Notes under the pieces: generated by a model
Database searches by the model: none
What the model saw: only the letters and a program-made list of their open reading frames with translations
Told to the model about the DNA's origin: nothing
Assembly: GCA_964016885.1 (NCBI GenBank)
Contig: OZ024746.1
Coordinates: forward strand, 19,282,001-19,346,000
Source: Eledone cirrhosa
Taxonomy: Eukaryota
Reading direction: 5' to 3'
DNA: 64,000 nt
Part shown: positions 61,882-64,000 of the stretch, in pieces
Position numbering within the stretch: the first letter of the stretch is position 1
How the letters are laid out: every line of letters begins with the position of its first letter
Position numbers and translations under genes: made by a program

Positions 61882-62290
61882 TACAGGGTGAGTGGAAAGA
61901 GACTCCATATTGAAAATTACTTATAACTTTTGGTCTACTGTGACCCCTTCGGACATCAATAGCTTCATATTCACGCAAGATGGAGCCCTTCCTCATTTTG
62001 CATGCACTGTCCTTGAGTGGCTTGATGCCCAATTTCCAGGATGTTGGCTGGGTTGTCAAGGTCCCCATGAATGGCCAGCAAGAAGCCCTGACTTAATGCC
62101 ATGTGATTTTTTTCCTGTTGGGGTGAGCAAAGGAAGAAGTTTATAGCTCTGACTCAATTAGAGGAACACATTCATCATGTACTGACCAATATACCACCTG
62201 AATTCTTGTTGAAGTCAGTCAAGGATATACTCAGATGATTACAAATACTGGTGGACATTGCTGGACCTATGTAGAATTTTAACACTGTAC
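61882..62290 (+). mobile_element. Tc1/mariner DD41D-type transposase remnant
   Basis: QDGALPH...WPARSPDLMPCDFF with 41 residues between the 2nd and 3rd catalytic Asp. Begins with TACAGGGTG. Confidence 0.8.
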
Positions 62291-62691
62291 TGTACTTCTA
62301 TCATTATACTGTTCAAAATAAAATATATGTTTTATAAAAATCAACCAATAATTAATAAAGCTATTAATAATTTTAAATAGGGATTTACCTTCCAACCTCT
62401 AGATTATTAATATCTTAACTATTGAAAGAGTAAAAATTTTAATTTTGAAAAAATTTTTTGTTGGTATAAAAACTAATTTTATAAAACCGAATTAAATATA
62501 GGTTTTTACATGACCTATGGTTAAATTTTTAGTATCGTTGGTCTTGGGTTGATATTTATTGTAAAGTTGCAATACATCAAACAAATCATTTTAATAATAA
62601 TTAGATAATAATGATCAATCAATTTTATTTTATTTATTTTTTTGGTAATATTTATTAATATATATTAAAATGTATGTATTTTATTTTTTAG

Positions 62692-63095
<404 letters not shown>

Positions 63096-64000
63096 TGATA
63101 TTCCATGAACTGTACTGATGGAATAATCTGTAGAACTAAAAATAATGAAGCCCTAGATAATTGTTGTATTTATTTTTGTGTCCCCTTCTGCAACATGGTT
63201 ATTAGTCAAGTGAATATCTTTTACAAAGCTAAGGGGCTAGTGCTTAAATCAGGTTTCTGTGACATTAGGAGATGAGACTAATCTACTATGGACATTATGC
63301 TAGTCCATTTCAGGTAACTTTCTCTGAAGATCAGGTACCTATTTTCAAAGAGCTTGAGGTGAACTGAAGCATGTAGAATAAAGTGTCCTGCCCAGAGGCA
63401 ACAATATGTTTGCAGTGGATTTGAATGCATAAGCCATGAGCTAGTAGTCCATTTTGCCTTTTGTTTATGATGTGGTTTATAATAAAAAGTATGTGTGTTA
63501 GTCTTATAGATTCTTCTGATAGTTCTTAGTTTCAGTCTTAACTGGAATGAAAGCAAGATTAAATTAAGTCATTTATAACTTTACACTGCTGAAGACATGA
63601 CCAAAACCAAACAGTGAAGGTCAACCAGGTAGGGGTTCCTCCAACAGGAATGAGAAGGGATTGGATTGGAACTTTAATTATTTAAACTATGTGACAGAAA
63701 ATATTTCTTTTTGTTTGCTAGCATGAAAGTTTTTTTAAAATGAATTGTATACCTCAAACCTAATCCCAAATGGTTTAAATTAATAAAAGAGTGTAAGATT
63801 TTACAGTTTTTTGTATTTCTCTTGAAATAGAATTTTGTAAGTTTTTCAATATTTTTGAGTTTTAATCTTGCTTTCATTTCTGAGATACATTCCAAATATG
63901 TTTGCCAAAGTTCTAATACCTTTAATAGCTCTAGAAATTTATCATTCCTCTTTTGAGTTTGTCAGATAATGGAAATATCTTTTTTTTAAATTTAATGTGT

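Overview
AT-rich, repeat-dense animal genomic DNA. The SINE, RTE and Penelope landscape suggests an octopus or other coleoid cephalopod, but that assignment is inference. Two divergently transcribed genes can be spliced by hand with consistent phases. On the minus strand is carnitine O-palmitoyltransferase 2 (CPT2): 12 coding exons from ATG 44829 down to 147, continuing off the left edge, with one GC-AG intron. On the plus strand is muskelin (MKLN1): three coding exons from ATG 55382, continuing off the right edge. The rest is transposon-derived. It includes two copies of a CR1-group LINE (one with an uninterrupted 921-aa EN-RT ORF), a decayed Penelope-like element between inverted repeats, hAT/Buster, DD41D Tc1/mariner, MITE and Helitron remnants, RTE fragments, more than 20 tRNA-derived SINEs, minisatellites and about 11.5 kb of (TA)/(TACA) microsatellite. 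Five observations stand out. (1) A dense A-to-G cluster is confined to the 3' end of the intact LINE and looks like ADAR editing fixed into DNA by retrotransposition. (2) A conserved G_GGA_AAC slippery heptamer joins LINE ORF1 to an AUG-less ORF2 in the -1 frame. (3) At least four intact-looking minimal type I hammerhead ribozymes sit in short inserts inside (TA)n tracts. (4) A ~600-bp retroposon occurs three times with a common 3' end and (TATG)n tails inside the giant microsatellite. (5) A minisatellite is built from a CPT2 exon/5' splice-site junction. All alignments and RNA folds were done by eye, and element boundaries are approximate.
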